64,000 nucleotides of DNA from a virus. How positions within the stretch are numbered: position 1 is the stretch's first letter; each line of letters opens with the position of its first letter. The stretch lies in the IMG/VR virus record IMGVR_UViG_3300045988_183746; one strand, given 5' to 3'. The notes below the pieces were generated by a model. It saw nothing but the letters and a program-made list of their open reading frames with translations, was not told the DNA's origin and made no database searches. A program made the translations under genes and the position numbers. Shown here piece by piece: positions 40,158 to 51,269 of the stretch.

Positions 40158-42590
40158 ATGAGTCGTATATTAGAATCACTGAATGACAGACAGCGTGAGG
40201 CTGTCCAGGCTACAGAAGGCTACTTCCGTATCATTGCCGGAGCAGGCAGTGGCAAAACTAAGACTTTGACACATCGCTTTGCCTATCTGGTGCAGGAAAT
40301 CGGTGTTCCTTCCAACCGAATCCTCTGTGTTACCTTCACCAACAAGGCGGCAGCTGAAATGCGTGGCAGAGTAAAGCAGCTTTTGGGCGAGAACATCACT
40401 GACGAATACATCTGTACTTTCCACAGTTTCTGTGTGAAGGTTCTCAGACGCGAGATCCAGCGATTGGGATACCAGCAGACATTCAGCATCCTGGATATGA
40501 CTGACCAGAAATCATTGATCAAAGAGGTATTCGAAGAAATGGGTCTTTCATCCAATGACGGCATTACAGCCAAGGATGCCCTGAAACACATAGAGATGTG
40601 CAAGACCGGAGAGGGATGGGAACATGTTGTCAAGCTGCTTGTCGCTCCCAATGACCCTGTCATCCCGGCAGAAGCAGAAGTGAAAGACAGGATCCTGCTG
40701 AATTACCTGACCCTGCAGCGCAAGAACTTGTCCTTGGATTTCAATGACCTGATTTCCTTTACGCTGTATCTTCTTCAGACAAACCATCAGGTGCTTGACA
40801 CTTGGTCAAACGCTTTCAGCTATATCATGGTTGACGAGACACAGGACAACTCCAGACGTCAATGGGCCATGCTGGAATTGTTGGCTAAAGCTTGCCGGAA
40901 CTTGTTTGTCGTAGGAGATCCTGACCAGGCCATCTATTCTTTTAGAGGGGCACGTCCCGAGGGGTTGGTCAAGTTTGACAAGGTGTTCTCCCCATGCACC
41001 ACGATAGTGCTGGACCAAAATTACCGTTCAACACCTACTATCCTTGGAGCGGCCAACGACATCATTGTACACAACCGTTTACGTGTGAAGAAGGAATTAT
41101 ACACCGACAACGTTGATCCGGGCAGCCCGATTGAATGGATTCATGCCGATAATGACAAGAACGAGTCACTATATGTGGCATCCAAGGTACAGAGTTTACT
41201 TGAAAATGGAGCCAAGTCTGATGACATCGCCGTATTGTTCCGTGTGTCTGCCCTCTCCCGTTCCGTCGAACAGGCGTTCATCCAAAATGGTATCAAGTAT
41301 CAGGTGTTTGGTGGTATGCGGTTCTTCGAACGCAAGGAGATTAAGGATGTCATGGCTTATCTGACCATGGCCGAGACTCCCGACAATGACATGGCTTTCC
41401 TTCGGACATACAACTATCCGTCCCGTAAGTTGGGAAAGGCTTTTATCAACCGGATTAAGGAACTGGCCAAAGCGGACGGAAGCTCATACTTTGCCGCCCT
41501 GCTCAAGCATTATGGTTCTGTCAAGGAGGTCACCCGCTCCGGTGCTGCCGAATACATCAAACTGGCCAATCAGATTCAGGGACTAAAAGGCGGCTCAATT
41601 TCTGACTTGGCAACATATATTTTGGACCAGACCGGTATCATGAAAGAATTACGGGAATCTGAGGATACCGAAAGGCTGGACAACGTAGTAGAGCTTCAGA
41701 ACTCCATCCTGTCTTATGAAAACGAGCATAAGGATGATGAAGATTTTTCATTGAAGACATACCTTCAGGACATTTCCTTGTACACCAACGTGGATGCCAA
41801 GGATAAAGAAGACAGCATCAAACTGATGACCATACACCAGTCCAAGGGACTGGAATTTCCCTATGTGTTCCTTATCGGATGCAACGAGGGTGTCATGCCC
41901 AACCAGCGGTGTGTGTCTGAGACCCGTCGTGAAGGGTTGGAAGAGGAACGCCGGTTAGCGTACGTGGCCGTAACCCGTGCCAAACTGCAACTGTTTATCA
42001 CCGAGAACGAAGGACAATTCTACGGTGGCGGCAACAGGGTGCCGTCCAGGTTTATCTTTGAGATAGACAGCAAACGCATCCAACGTAATGGGTATGTGCC
42101 CGAATACCTGGCAGAGATGACCCGGAAAATCATCCAAAATGAAGGACTGGAATTTGATTCCAATGGAGATTATGATGTGCTGACAATCGGAACACGTGTC
42201 AAACATCCGGCATTTGGTGACGGTACCATTGAAAAGGTGGAAAGTTCCCGTAATGAGTATCTTATCCGGATGGACCGTACTGACAGCCTGATGCATATCC
42301 GTATGGACTATAAGGGACTCACAGTGATTACAGACGCTCCCAAAGACGATAATACGACTGACTGTTTACCTGCCGATGAACCGGAATCCCAACCAACGGA
42401 AGAGGTGGTTGAACCCACTGCCCCGGCTCTCATGTGGAAAGCCGGAGACGAAGTAATACACCCGCTTTTCGGTCTGGGAAAAATCATGGAGGTGAACCCA
42501 GACAGCAGGGAGTATTCTATCTATGTGAACCAAGGTGGGTTTACCATCTCCGTAGATTTCAATTTTGACGGGCTGAGAGCCAAATCTTGA
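40158..42590 (+). CDS. UvrD/PcrA/Rep-family superfamily-1 DNA helicase with two C-terminal Tudor-like repeats
   Basis: Walker A AGAGSGKT, canonical UvrD motifs (VTFTNKAA, VDETQD, ...), and a C-terminus with GTRVKHPAFGDGTIEKV and GDEVIHPLFGLGKIMEV repeats. Confidence 0.92.
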   Translation: MSRILESLNDRQREAVQATEGYFRIIAGAGSGKTKTLTHRFAYLVQEIGVPSNRILCVTFTNKAAAEMRGRVKQLLGENITDEYICTFHSFCVKVLRREIQRLGYQQTFSILDMTDQKSLIKEVFEEMGLSSNDGITAKDALKHIEMCKTGEGWEHVVKLLVAPNDPVIPAEAEVKDRILLNYLTLQRKNLSLDFNDLISFTLYLLQTNHQVLDTWSNAFSYIMVDETQDNSRRQWAMLELLAKACRNLFVVGDPDQAIYSFRGARPEGLVKFDKVFSPCTTIVLDQNYRSTPTILGAANDIIVHNRLRVKKELYTDNVDPGSPIEWIHADNDKNESLYVASKVQSLLENGAKSDDIAVLFRVSALSRSVEQAFIQNGIKYQVFGGMRFFERKEIKDVMAYLTMAETPDNDMAFLRTYNYPSRKLGKAFINRIKELAKADGSSYFAALLKHYGSVKEVTRSGAAEYIKLANQIQGLKGGSISDLATYILDQTGIMKELRESEDTERLDNVVELQNSILSYENEHKDDEDFSLKTYLQDISLYTNVDAKDKEDSIKLMTIHQSKGLEFPYVFLIGCNEGVMPNQRCVSETRREGLEEERRLAYVAVTRAKLQLFITENEGQFYGGGNRVPSRFIFEIDSKRIQRNGYVPEYLAEMTRKIIQNEGLEFDSNGDYDVLTIGTRVKHPAFGDGTIEKVESSRNEYLIRMDRTDSLMHIRMDYKGLTVITDAPKDDNTTDCLPADEPESQPTEEVVEPTAPALMWKAGDEVIHPLFGLGKIMEVNPDSREYSIYVNQGGFTISVDFNFDGLRAKS

Positions 42591-42629
42591 AAAATTAGTT
42601 TCTTTCGGTTTATTTTTAACAATAGAATT

Positions 42630-42998
42630 ATGAATCGAAAAGAAGTATTTCTCAAGTGCCAGCAATGTATCAATGACATTCAAACGGCAGCAAACTCAAA
42701 GACTTTTATCAAATACCGCAAAGAACAAATTACTTTGCGGTATTTTTTTGTCCGTAACAGACAAATGCTGTCCGTTATACAGACAGATGCAGATATGGTT
42801 CCCGTCCTTCACTTTGTCTTTCTGACGAATGACATAAGGGCTGTGCCGGTCTATATGTACCAACTGCTACCCGGTGATTTCCCGTTTACAGTCCCCCCCT
42901 ACCCTTCCCTTCATCGTTCTCTGGAGATTGCCAGTACGTTCATCCGGTGGCACGAGCTGTCCGCAAATTTCCAGTTTGACATCAGATGGTATGACTGA
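42630..42998 (+). CDS. Hypothetical protein
   Basis: 122-aa ORF. Confidence 0.45.
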   Translation: MNRKEVFLKCQQCINDIQTAANSKTFIKYRKEQITLRYFFVRNRQMLSVIQTDADMVPVLHFVFLTNDIRAVPVYMYQLLPGDFPFTVPPYPSLHRSLEIASTFIRWHELSANFQFDIRWYD

Positions 42999-43518
42999 TA
43001 CGCCATAGGAGCCGACACCGGCTCCTTCCTCCTACTCCGAACAATAAATGGCCTGCATGAAAAAGTTCGAACTCAGGTGCACACAGACATTCAACAACAA
43101 TATAATAGCTTGCTACACAAATAAAAAGTATTTTTGTATAAATCAAAAGTTTAGATTATGAAAAAGAGCAAGAAAAGGCGTAATGCCCCATCCACCCCTC
43201 TGGCAGCATTTCACAAAGGTAGCCGGGATGCGGAGATACAGGCTTTCGGCAAACCGGTACCACGGCACAATGTAGTCACCTCAAAGAAGGTGTATCGTCG
43301 GAATCGCCGGGTAGATTTCGATTGACACGGTTGTCTTCCTTCTTCCACCCGGAGAACCATACTGTCCTCCTATAGATCGTTATTGATAGCTTGAATGAAA
43401 GAGTTTCACTCCCCTATCCTAAATGCTAATATTCTGTATAGGTTAGGAAAACTTATATAAATATACTATATTTGTGATTATTAATGAATTAGAATATTAA
43501 CCATCAAACTTTAAGAAT

Positions 43519-43998
43519 ATGAACATTAACGTAGAGATCTTCAAGAGATACTCCCCGAAGAAGAAAATAGAAATCATCAACAAGCTTACTCCAGCCGAGC
43601 TTTCCATGGTGGAATATGCGACCTTGGTAAGAGTCGTGAAGGAAGCCGGTTATGGCAGAGACAAGTCAAGAAGTAAAGATTTGAATATTCATCCCGACAG
43701 AAGAAAAGGCAATAATTGGGACAGCTTAGTCGAAAGGCTGTCATGGTGCAACGGGAAATTATATGTAGATGTGTATTTTCAATATGAGAACACAGACACA
43801 ACGGTGTGTGTGATAGCCCAAGAGTTTTTCAGCCGAGGGGAATATAAAGGCAGGGTGAAACGTCTGAATCACCATTGTGACGAACAGACTTATTACTTCA
43901 ATTATTCGGAGGAAGAGAAAAGAGAGGTAATGAGAAGTATCCTTCTCGAATATGTCTATAAAAAGTACAAGGACAAACTATCCGAAGGGGAAGAATAG
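43519..43998 (+). CDS. Hypothetical protein
   Basis: 159-aa ORF. Confidence 0.6.
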   Translation: MNINVEIFKRYSPKKKIEIINKLTPAELSMVEYATLVRVVKEAGYGRDKSRSKDLNIHPDRRKGNNWDSLVERLSWCNGKLYVDVYFQYENTDTTVCVIAQEFFSRGEYKGRVKRLNHHCDEQTYYFNYSEEEKREVMRSILLEYVYKKYKDKLSEGEE

Positions 43999-44267
43999 TC
44001 TATATTGGAATCCGGACAAGGCAGGCTGACACAGCTTTCCTTGTTCGGCAACAACTCACACAGAGGGGTATCGGCATGTTTTCTTGCCAACGCAGACCGA
44101 CCACGGTCTGCTGAAATATGGGTGAAATATCGCCGATCGTGGGGTATTTATGGTATCCGCAATAATGGAAAAGTCCGACCTGATACTACTCTTTCCCTTT
44201 TGTTTTCCGGAACTATGAAGACTCCCTATATTTCTGTATATTTGCATCATAATCAATGAGATAAAAG

Positions 44268-44474
44268 ATGATAAACTTCAAGAAACTTAAAAGCCAGATT
44301 AAGCCCTTCAAACCGGAGGCCAAACATAAGGGTTACATCTTCATCGCAACAGATGAACAGATTGCCAACGGTGGATTTACCGTAGCTAAAGTAGGCTCAA
44401 AACGGAGCCTGATAGATTGTATGGCATTCTACATCAAGAAAGAACCGGATGTATGGGCAGATTTGATACTCTAA
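44268..44474 (+). CDS. Hypothetical small protein
   Basis: 68-aa ORF. Confidence 0.35.
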   Translation: MINFKKLKSQIKPFKPEAKHKGYIFIATDEQIANGGFTVAKVGSKRSLIDCMAFYIKKEPDVWADLIL

Positions 44475-44485
44475 AAACAATAACT

Positions 44486-45337
44486 ATGGGACAGTTTAGC
44501 TGGTTTACACAAGACACCAAGCGTAGAATCCGGAACGGAGTTCCGTTTACGGTATATATGACGGATGATAAGGGCAACAAGTACAAAGAGACTTGTTACG
44601 GAGGTTATGGTGTGTTCGGTGGCAAGGATTATTATGAATTGCTTGCAGAGATGAACGGTATCGTGGATAGAAATAAAGAGTATCTTCGTCAGATAGGCAT
44701 CGAACTGGCTTTCAAGAACTCTCCACAGGGATACAACCCGGAAGTGAAGCACCCCTCACTGACCGAGAATGGTTCCTATTACCAAGGGGTAGCACCGATT
44801 TCAGACCCGGACCAAGGTTTTCCATTAGATTACCACTTGGCCGGGGTACCTTCCCATGTCCTTACAGAAGGTATGGAGGTTCTATTGCCAAAGGATGCGA
44901 CCTTTATTGACGTGAATGGCGTTAGTATGTTCTTGCCGACATTGAATCTCTATGAAACTATCACTGTAGATGATATGTATCCGTTCGGGAATTGTCTGGT
45001 GCAGTCAATCAGGGAGGACAAATCAATCATGCTGAAAGACCTTACTTCCGGACTTGAATTTCGGTATTCTGGAAATGTGTTGATTCGGTCAAACGAGATT
45101 GTTCATTCCTACATGGGAAACAATAATAAAGGTGATCTGGTATTGTGTAACGATTGTGAGACCCTTTTGTTGGTTCCCATGGGTACAGACATCTGTCCGG
45201 ATTGCCACTCCGATGGCTGTCTGACTTACCCGGATGATCGTACCGATCACGTTCACGCCACGCAATCAGAATTAAGAGAACAAGGCAACATTGTCATAAC
45301 CCATGATCGTCCGACAGACGAAATGCTATATTCTTGA
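44486..45337 (+). CDS. Hypothetical protein with C-terminal Cys cluster
   Basis: ATG at 44486 (MGQFSWF...) after the 44474 stop; contains CNDCETLLLVPMGTDICPDCHSDGC. Confidence 0.55.
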   Translation: MGQFSWFTQDTKRRIRNGVPFTVYMTDDKGNKYKETCYGGYGVFGGKDYYELLAEMNGIVDRNKEYLRQIGIELAFKNSPQGYNPEVKHPSLTENGSYYQGVAPISDPDQGFPLDYHLAGVPSHVLTEGMEVLLPKDATFIDVNGVSMFLPTLNLYETITVDDMYPFGNCLVQSIREDKSIMLKDLTSGLEFRYSGNVLIRSNEIVHSYMGNNNKGDLVLCNDCETLLLVPMGTDICPDCHSDGCLTYPDDRTDHVHATQSELREQGNIVITHDRPTDEMLYS

Positions 45338-45340
45338 ATT

Positions 45341-45676
45341 ATGGAAAAGGTTCACATTTTAATTAATTCCGGATACGGTCGGTTATCCGGACATTCGGAC
45401 AACCAACATAGGGCGTTCGTACAAGAGGTTACCGCCATATTTGAGTCATTAGGTTGGCAGGTGCCCCAACAGAAGCAAACACCGTTGGCAAAGTCAGGAT
45501 ATAACAGGTTTTTCCTGCATCCCTGTTTCTTTACCGGCTACATCAATGACAAGAAGATTGTGCAAACCATTATGGATGCAGCCAAAAATGCCAAGACCTT
45601 TAGCATATACGGGGTCGAATACAATTATACCGGAAATATATCCGGTCTCTATTTCCCATCTCTGACTCTCAATTAA
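45341..45676 (+). CDS. Hypothetical protein
   Basis: 111-aa ORF. Confidence 0.5.
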   Translation: MEKVHILINSGYGRLSGHSDNQHRAFVQEVTAIFESLGWQVPQQKQTPLAKSGYNRFFLHPCFFTGYINDKKIVQTIMDAAKNAKTFSIYGVEYNYTGNISGLYFPSLTLN

Positions 45677-45898
45677 CTGCTAGGGTGATCCGGTCATTCG
45701 GAACACCCTACTCCCCTATTTGCAGAACCTGACCATCAGGTTCTTATCTGCCAGTAATATGGAGTGGCTTTAATGGAAATGTTTCAACCATATAGGGTGA
45801 AAGAGCTTTCTTAATTTCTATTTCATAAACACATTGAATTTAAGTAACTTTGTGTATATCAAATAGATAGATATAATAAAGAACATAATTAAATAGTT

Positions 45899-46396
45899 AT
45901 GAAAAAGATAATATTCTCCACCGAAATCACAGATGAAGATCTGAAATGCGCAGAAGAATGGTTACAGGAACAAGGCTATCCATCCAGTGAAATGGCTATT
46001 TGTGAAGAAGCCGCTGAACAAAAGCGGAATTGGCAGGATGACGAAATAAGCAATCTCGATATGTTTTTGGAAGGAAACATCCTTCTGATAGCGGATTTAG
46101 GCTTGTGGAACGGACGAAAATCGGGATACCGGATAATTGACAATAATGTTGGCAATATATTGTCTTCACTATCTGAAGGTGAAATAGAATACTTTGCAGA
46201 CACTCAGACCAAACAGGTGAAAGCAGTCCAACATCATCATGACGGAACAAACTATATTACATTCCGGGAGATTAAGCCAGGTGTGAACATAGATAACCTG
46301 ACAGAAAAGATTTACAACGGTACATACACACAAAAGGATATTTCTCGATACACCCGGAGCTTGTACCCTCATGTTGCCAAGGTTTATGGATGGTAA
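45899..46396 (+). CDS. Hypothetical protein
   Basis: 165-aa ORF. Confidence 0.6.
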   Translation: MKKIIFSTEITDEDLKCAEEWLQEQGYPSSEMAICEEAAEQKRNWQDDEISNLDMFLEGNILLIADLGLWNGRKSGYRIIDNNVGNILSSLSEGEIEYFADTQTKQVKAVQHHHDGTNYITFREIKPGVNIDNLTEKIYNGTYTQKDISRYTRSLYPHVAKVYGW

Positions 46397-46651
46397 CGCA
46401 TTCCAGCCGCTTTTTAGCGGCTGCAGTATAAAAGTCTGGTGGAGGAGCCAAAAAAATAAAGCCGGAACACTCGTACAGGGACGGGGAAAAGTCGAAGCAA
46501 GGCACTAAGAAAGAACCTGTCCCACAAACAACACACACGCCAAAACGACACAAACGGCTGAATAAAACAGGACCTGAAATTGTAATGCGCATTACAAAAG
46601 CATAAAAACAGATTTCCTGCTTGTACTTCCGGAATAATAGCCTTTCTTTTT

Positions 46652-46678
46652 ATGTGTACCAACTTTGGTACACATAAA
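46652..46678 (+). promoter_or_regulatory. Perfect 11-bp inverted repeat TATGTGTACCA-actt-TGGTACACATA, putative antitoxin operator
   Basis: Lies 15 nt upstream of the antitoxin ATG at 46693. Confidence 0.5.
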
Positions 46679-46692
46679 AAGAAAAGAACAGT

Positions 46693-46947
46693 ATGCTACA
46701 AGTAACATCAAGGGAATTTAGGGACAAGCAAGCCTCTTGGGTTGACATGGCAGATCAAGGCTAACAAATTGTTATCAGACGCAGAGGCAAACGCTCCTAC
46801 ATGCTGACACCCGTCTACGACAGTGATATTACAACCACCCACAAATTTGAACAGAAGATAGAGGAAGCACGTAGGCAATACAAAAACCGGGAAACAATCG
46901 TCTGCAATACCAAAGAAGAACTTCACGACTTATTGGATACGTTATGA
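46693..46947 (+). pseudogene. Phd/YefM-family antitoxin with in-frame TAA at 46762-46764
   Basis: MLQVTSREFRDKQASWVDMADQG*QIVIRRRGKRSYMLTPVYDSD... matches the Phd/YefM N-terminal pattern; its stop overlaps the toxin ATG (TGATG). Confidence 0.65.
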
Positions 46948-47214
46948 TGTACAAGATTGAATTTTCAAAGGGTGCGACAAAACCACACCCAAATACAAAA
47001 AGTCCAATCTTGTACTCTACAAAAAACTGGTGAGTCTTCTTGAAGAAATCATGGCCCCCGTACAGGGACCGGACACCCGGAACCTTTAAAGGCAGGAAAC
47101 TCTGTCAGCTATTCAAGACGGACAACGGCACATGACAGGTTGATATATGACATCTATGATGAAACCGTTACCGTCATGGTTATTGAAATAGAAGGACACT
47201 ATAAAGATAAGTAA
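46947..47214 (+). pseudogene. RelE/ParE-family toxin disrupted by at least two frameshifts
   Basis: N-terminal MYKIEFSKGATK in frame A, then ...KKLVSLLEEI in a second frame, then C-terminal ...HDRLIYDIYDETVTVMVIEIEGHYKDK (classic RelE/ParE C-terminus) in a third frame. Confidence 0.65.
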
Positions 47215-47472
47215 ATGGGAATGATAAAGACACAATTCCCCTGCGGTATGTTATGGCTAAGTGAAACTGATACCATCTGCGGCCATGACGGAAAGATTTG
47301 CGGTGCTGTTAAATACCAAGATGAACAGTTCAAAATCATCCAGCCGGAAGAATGCATGGGGCACAAAAGGGACATAATGAAGGAATTAAAAGAAGCTTTG
47401 CAACAGGTCAAAGATCACCTAGACGGTAAAATACAACTCAAATCGATAGAAGCCTTGTTAGATGAACTTTGA
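47215..47472 (+). CDS. Hypothetical protein
   Basis: 85-aa ORF; its start overlaps the toxin stop (TAAATG). Confidence 0.45.
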   Translation: MGMIKTQFPCGMLWLSETDTICGHDGKICGAVKYQDEQFKIIQPEECMGHKRDIMKELKEALQQVKDHLDGKIQLKSIEALLDEL

Positions 47473-47515
47473 GTTTGTTTCATCTGATTTATTCGACCCA
47501 TTTAATTTGCCCTTT

Positions 47516-47539
47516 CGGGAACGCGCTCACGTTCCCTAT
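47516..47539 (+). repeat. Palindromic element CGGGAACG-N6-CGTTCCCTAT (family 1), copy 2
   Basis: Reads cgggaacgcgctcacgttccctat. Confidence 0.6.
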
Positions 47540-47667
47540 CAAGTATTTTTACCAAAGTAAATGGATTGGCTTCAATGAGAGAGTCACGACCTACTTGCTT
47601 GATATTATAATCCGTTTGGTTTTCTTTTATGTCCAATGTTTTTTATATTTTTGCATAGAATAAAACA

Positions 47668-48081
47668 ATGATTATGGACACCTTAACACTCAAAGAAAGA
47701 TATTTCTCTGCCATTCATAGCATGAGAGAAGCACTTAAATATTACGTTTCCGAGAATGGAAACGATTATTCGGATTCTCCCGAATATTACGCAAACGAGT
47801 TCGGCATTTATCCGGACAAAAAGGAACGACCATCTAAAATGTTGGAACTAAATTGTACTTATGCCCATTATGTAGAGGGCAAAGGAGTAGAATCTGTCCA
47901 AATCCAACTATTATATACGGTTGCTGATGACGAAGGTAATGAGGAACTGATGTATTATGGCTTCTATAACGGTAGAGAAGAAATCGAAGATGATTGTGAA
48001 CCTATTCACGCTAAAGCCATAACTTTAGCAGATGAAGAACTGATGAATATAATAAAGGGTATCGACAATCCTGCCAACTGA
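47668..48081 (+). CDS. Hypothetical protein
   Basis: 137-aa ORF. Confidence 0.55.
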   Translation: MIMDTLTLKERYFSAIHSMREALKYYVSENGNDYSDSPEYYANEFGIYPDKKERPSKMLELNCTYAHYVEGKGVESVQIQLLYTVADDEGNEELMYYGFYNGREEIEDDCEPIHAKAITLADEELMNIIKGIDNPAN

Positions 48082-48144
48082 GATACCCCCTTCGGGGGGG
48101 TATGATATAAATTTGTCCTGTAGAACAAGCAAATAGCACTAATA

Positions 48145-48879
48145 ATGAACCGATTGAAATACAATAATAATAATTGGCACGAAAGAGACAACCACATCTT
48201 TTTCGATGAAGAACCGCATATTTATACCCATGACAGACTAGGTAAGATGGATAGCTGGACGGAAATCATTGCGTCCTATTTTGCTCCTTTCGATAAGGAA
48301 CGGGTAGCCTCATTTGTAGCCCAGAGACGGGGTTGCTCACCGGAGGAACTGATTGCCGAATGGGAACACCAGACCCATTTGGGCACCAAGCTCCATGCCA
48401 ATATCGAAAACTATTTGCTTTCTTTGCCGCATGACGAGTCAGATGTTTTCTGGCAGTTCAAGAATTTCATCACAGAGCATCCGATGGTTCCTTATCGTAC
48501 CGAGTGGACTATCTATGACGAAGAAAGCCGAGTGGCAGGTACAATTGATTCATTGGATTTCCATGTATGTAACCTGATGTTGGACTGGAAGCGGAGCAAG
48601 AACCTGATAGACCAGGATGGGAACGTCATCCGGGATTCCTACAATCATACTATGGGATTGGGAGTACTCTCACACCTCCCGGATTGTTCCTACTATCACT
48701 ATGCCATGCAACAGTCCGGGTACCGGTATATTCTCAAGAAGAATTACGGCATCGAAATCGAAGCCTGTTGGCTGGCAGTGTTCCATCCGACACTCCTTAA
48801 CTACAAATTGATAAGACTCCCCTATCTGGAGGAAGAAGTAAAAGCAGTACTGGCTGAACGTGCTGCCAGATTTAGATAA
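48145..48879 (+). CDS. PD-(D/E)XK-family nuclease (Cas4/RecB-nuclease-like fold, putative)
   Basis: GTIDSLDF ... LMLDWKRSK fits the D...(D/E)xK catalytic pattern; C-terminal YYHYAMQQSGYRYIL. Confidence 0.55.
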   Translation: MNRLKYNNNNWHERDNHIFFDEEPHIYTHDRLGKMDSWTEIIASYFAPFDKERVASFVAQRRGCSPEELIAEWEHQTHLGTKLHANIENYLLSLPHDESDVFWQFKNFITEHPMVPYRTEWTIYDEESRVAGTIDSLDFHVCNLMLDWKRSKNLIDQDGNVIRDSYNHTMGLGVLSHLPDCSYYHYAMQQSGYRYILKKNYGIEIEACWLAVFHPTLLNYKLIRLPYLEEEVKAVLAERAARFR

Positions 48880-49015
48880 GCTAATATGAATTACTACAAC
48901 TCAAAAGTTGTAATAATAAAAGTCAAATGCCTATCCCTTTCATCCCCTTTGAGAATACATTATGCCAAGACAACTCTGCTCACGGCAGTTTTCCAGTACG
49001 CTTTATTTGTTCTCC

Positions 49016-49039
49016 CGGGGACGTACTCACGTCCCCTAT
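49016..49039 (+). repeat. Palindromic element CGGGGACG-N6-CGTCCCCTAT (family 1), copy 3
   Basis: Reads cggggacgtactcacgtcccctat. Confidence 0.6.
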
Positions 49040-49322
49040 GATCCCCCTCCTTATAAAGTAGATGCAGGCATTGTGACTGCTCTGCTTATATGAGAATGTA
49101 TGAACCTGAACATTCACCGGAGGCATTTCATTATCTATATCATTATAATACAGCATTTTAGTATCTTTGAATATGAAAGATAACCAAAATTAGTCATGGG
49201 AATAGGAAGAGAAAAAATAGACTGGGATGATTTCTTACTAAATGAAATTTTCAGCCCTCATTGAGGGAGCGATGATGTAAGACCGGAAGATAACAGCGAG
49301 TATTCTTGCACTACAGCTAAGT

Positions 49323-50108
49323 ATGTATGCAATTTTTGTGAAACAGAATTTTTTAAAGAACATTGATATGGGAAACATGGAAATAAAGAACTTGGATGAA
49401 GCACGTAGAATTCAAGAAGGGGTATTGAATTATTATATTGGAGTCATTTGCTCCGGACTCTACCCGCAGAACAACTTGCCACACCTGATTTTCTTTGAAG
49501 ACGTGGACGATAAGGGTGAACCTGTGTTCCGCAAAGCCGAGGTTATCGAAATCCTTGGTGCAACTAAAGAAGTTGTCATTAAGTACAAGAATGGAGAAAA
49601 GGAAACGATCAATCTTTCAGCCATCAATATTGACTGGCTTCAGGACTTGGCAAACTACCAGTTCCGAATGTACGATTTACTGGAACAAGGAGAGCCAGAC
49701 ACTTTACCGGGATGCATAACATATCAGATTATCCTTTCTGAATTCATCGACAAATATGGATGTGATGACCATGAAGGAAGAGTCTTAATCGGCAATAAAA
49801 CCAATGGAGAGATTATAACGCTCATGAAAGAGCTGGATGATCTTAGCATCGACAACCAGTCTGACATTACATTTGAATGTGGATCATTCCGGGTATTGGA
49901 ATATTCCCAAGGTGATGCGCACTATAAACTATCCGAAGAGAGTTTAAGCCAGAAACTGATTGATCCTGGGATCAGCGAGCCATACAACAAAAAATGTACA
50001 GCGTTGGATGATGAATTCCAATTCTACGTTGGCAATGATTTTTGGGAGAAATCCACCTTGCAGAAAAAGCTGTTCATCCTTCAAGAAATATTCGATGTAA
50101 AGCTGTGA
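49323..50108 (+). CDS. Hypothetical protein
   Basis: 261-aa ORF; an alternative start is M16. Confidence 0.55.
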   Translation: MYAIFVKQNFLKNIDMGNMEIKNLDEARRIQEGVLNYYIGVICSGLYPQNNLPHLIFFEDVDDKGEPVFRKAEVIEILGATKEVVIKYKNGEKETINLSAINIDWLQDLANYQFRMYDLLEQGEPDTLPGCITYQIILSEFIDKYGCDDHEGRVLIGNKTNGEIITLMKELDDLSIDNQSDITFECGSFRVLEYSQGDAHYKLSEESLSQKLIDPGISEPYNKKCTALDDEFQFYVGNDFWEKSTLQKKLFILQEIFDVKL

Positions 50109-50330
50109 TTTTTTATATATACGGTTGTTCCATACAAAGTACGGTGCAACCAGTTTCACTCTGCATTCCAATTCTGGCGAAACTTGAACCCAAGTTTCTT
50201 TCAGTGTCCCCTATTTCCCTTTTGCTTATATGGAATAGTAGAACCCTGCCACAGAGTTCTGATATGGTGATATATATTGGGTAATGTGCTGGGATTTCTG
50301 TAACTTTACAATGTTGAAAGACAAAGAATT

Positions 50331-51117
50331 ATGAAATATTACATCGTTGTATCATCGGCAGGAGACACAAAGGTTGTCGTTTTGCCAGCAAACTGGGACA
50401 ATGGCAGTTTGAACGTCTGCCTGTCAAGATTAAAGACAGATGCCCAAGGCGAATTCAGAGGTGGGATGAAAATTTTCACAGAGATAAATCAAGACGAGTA
50501 CCGTAAGGTAACAGGTGATTCCTATCTGAGTAGTAATTATGCAAGCCATCCAAATTTTTTTAGAGGGGATATCTTGCCAGAAGACTGGAGAGAACAGGCG
50601 ATGGCTGTCCTGACATCAGGCGGTTGGATTGACCAGTTAGGCTGGGAGGATGACCTTGCCAAGCTGGTGGACGAACAGATTGATTCAGCCCCAAATGTTC
50701 GACCTCATGCAGGCACACATGACAGGACTGGATCCCGTTTTGGAACTGGAGGCATACGACAGGTGGTTATATGGAGAGGCTCTGGCAGCCCAAAGAAAAG
50801 AGACCGAACAATCAGTTTCAAAGGAAGAACAATCCGTCTTCACCTTCTTGGTCGATTGCCAGTACAAGGTGTGGGAACGCCATACCGTTACCGTAAATGC
50901 CGACACCTATGAAGAAGCCAAGCAACGAGTAATCAACTTGGCAAAGAATCACCCTGTAAGTATGGATGACGGCGAGCCTGGACTGGAAATGACCTTTGAG
51001 ACTCTTTACGAAACAGAAGAACTGATTGAACCCGAAAATGGTAAAGAAGCAACAGTTCAAGTAATGAACTATGCACCATTCAGTGAGAGAAAGGTCTTAT
51101 ACGAGAACGCCAAATAA
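50331..51117 (+). pseudogene. Hypothetical protein apparently split by a frameshift near 50690-50700 (ORFs 50331..50912 and 50650..51117)
   Basis: The first ORF is protein-like for about 120 aa and then becomes Arg-rich low-complexity. The frame 1 ORF is protein-like from about 50690, and the junction sits at a CCCC/AAA run. Confidence 0.45.
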
Positions 51118-51269
51118 CTATTCTTCAAATGAGATAAAGGGGGTCAACGGTGTGCGAACATAGTTGACCGCACAAACACTACAAAGTGTTTGGTATTTAG
51201 TTAATTGTGAAATGGACTGCCTGTATGTGAATATGGGCAGTTTTTTCTTTTTGACTTAGGTATATCCCC

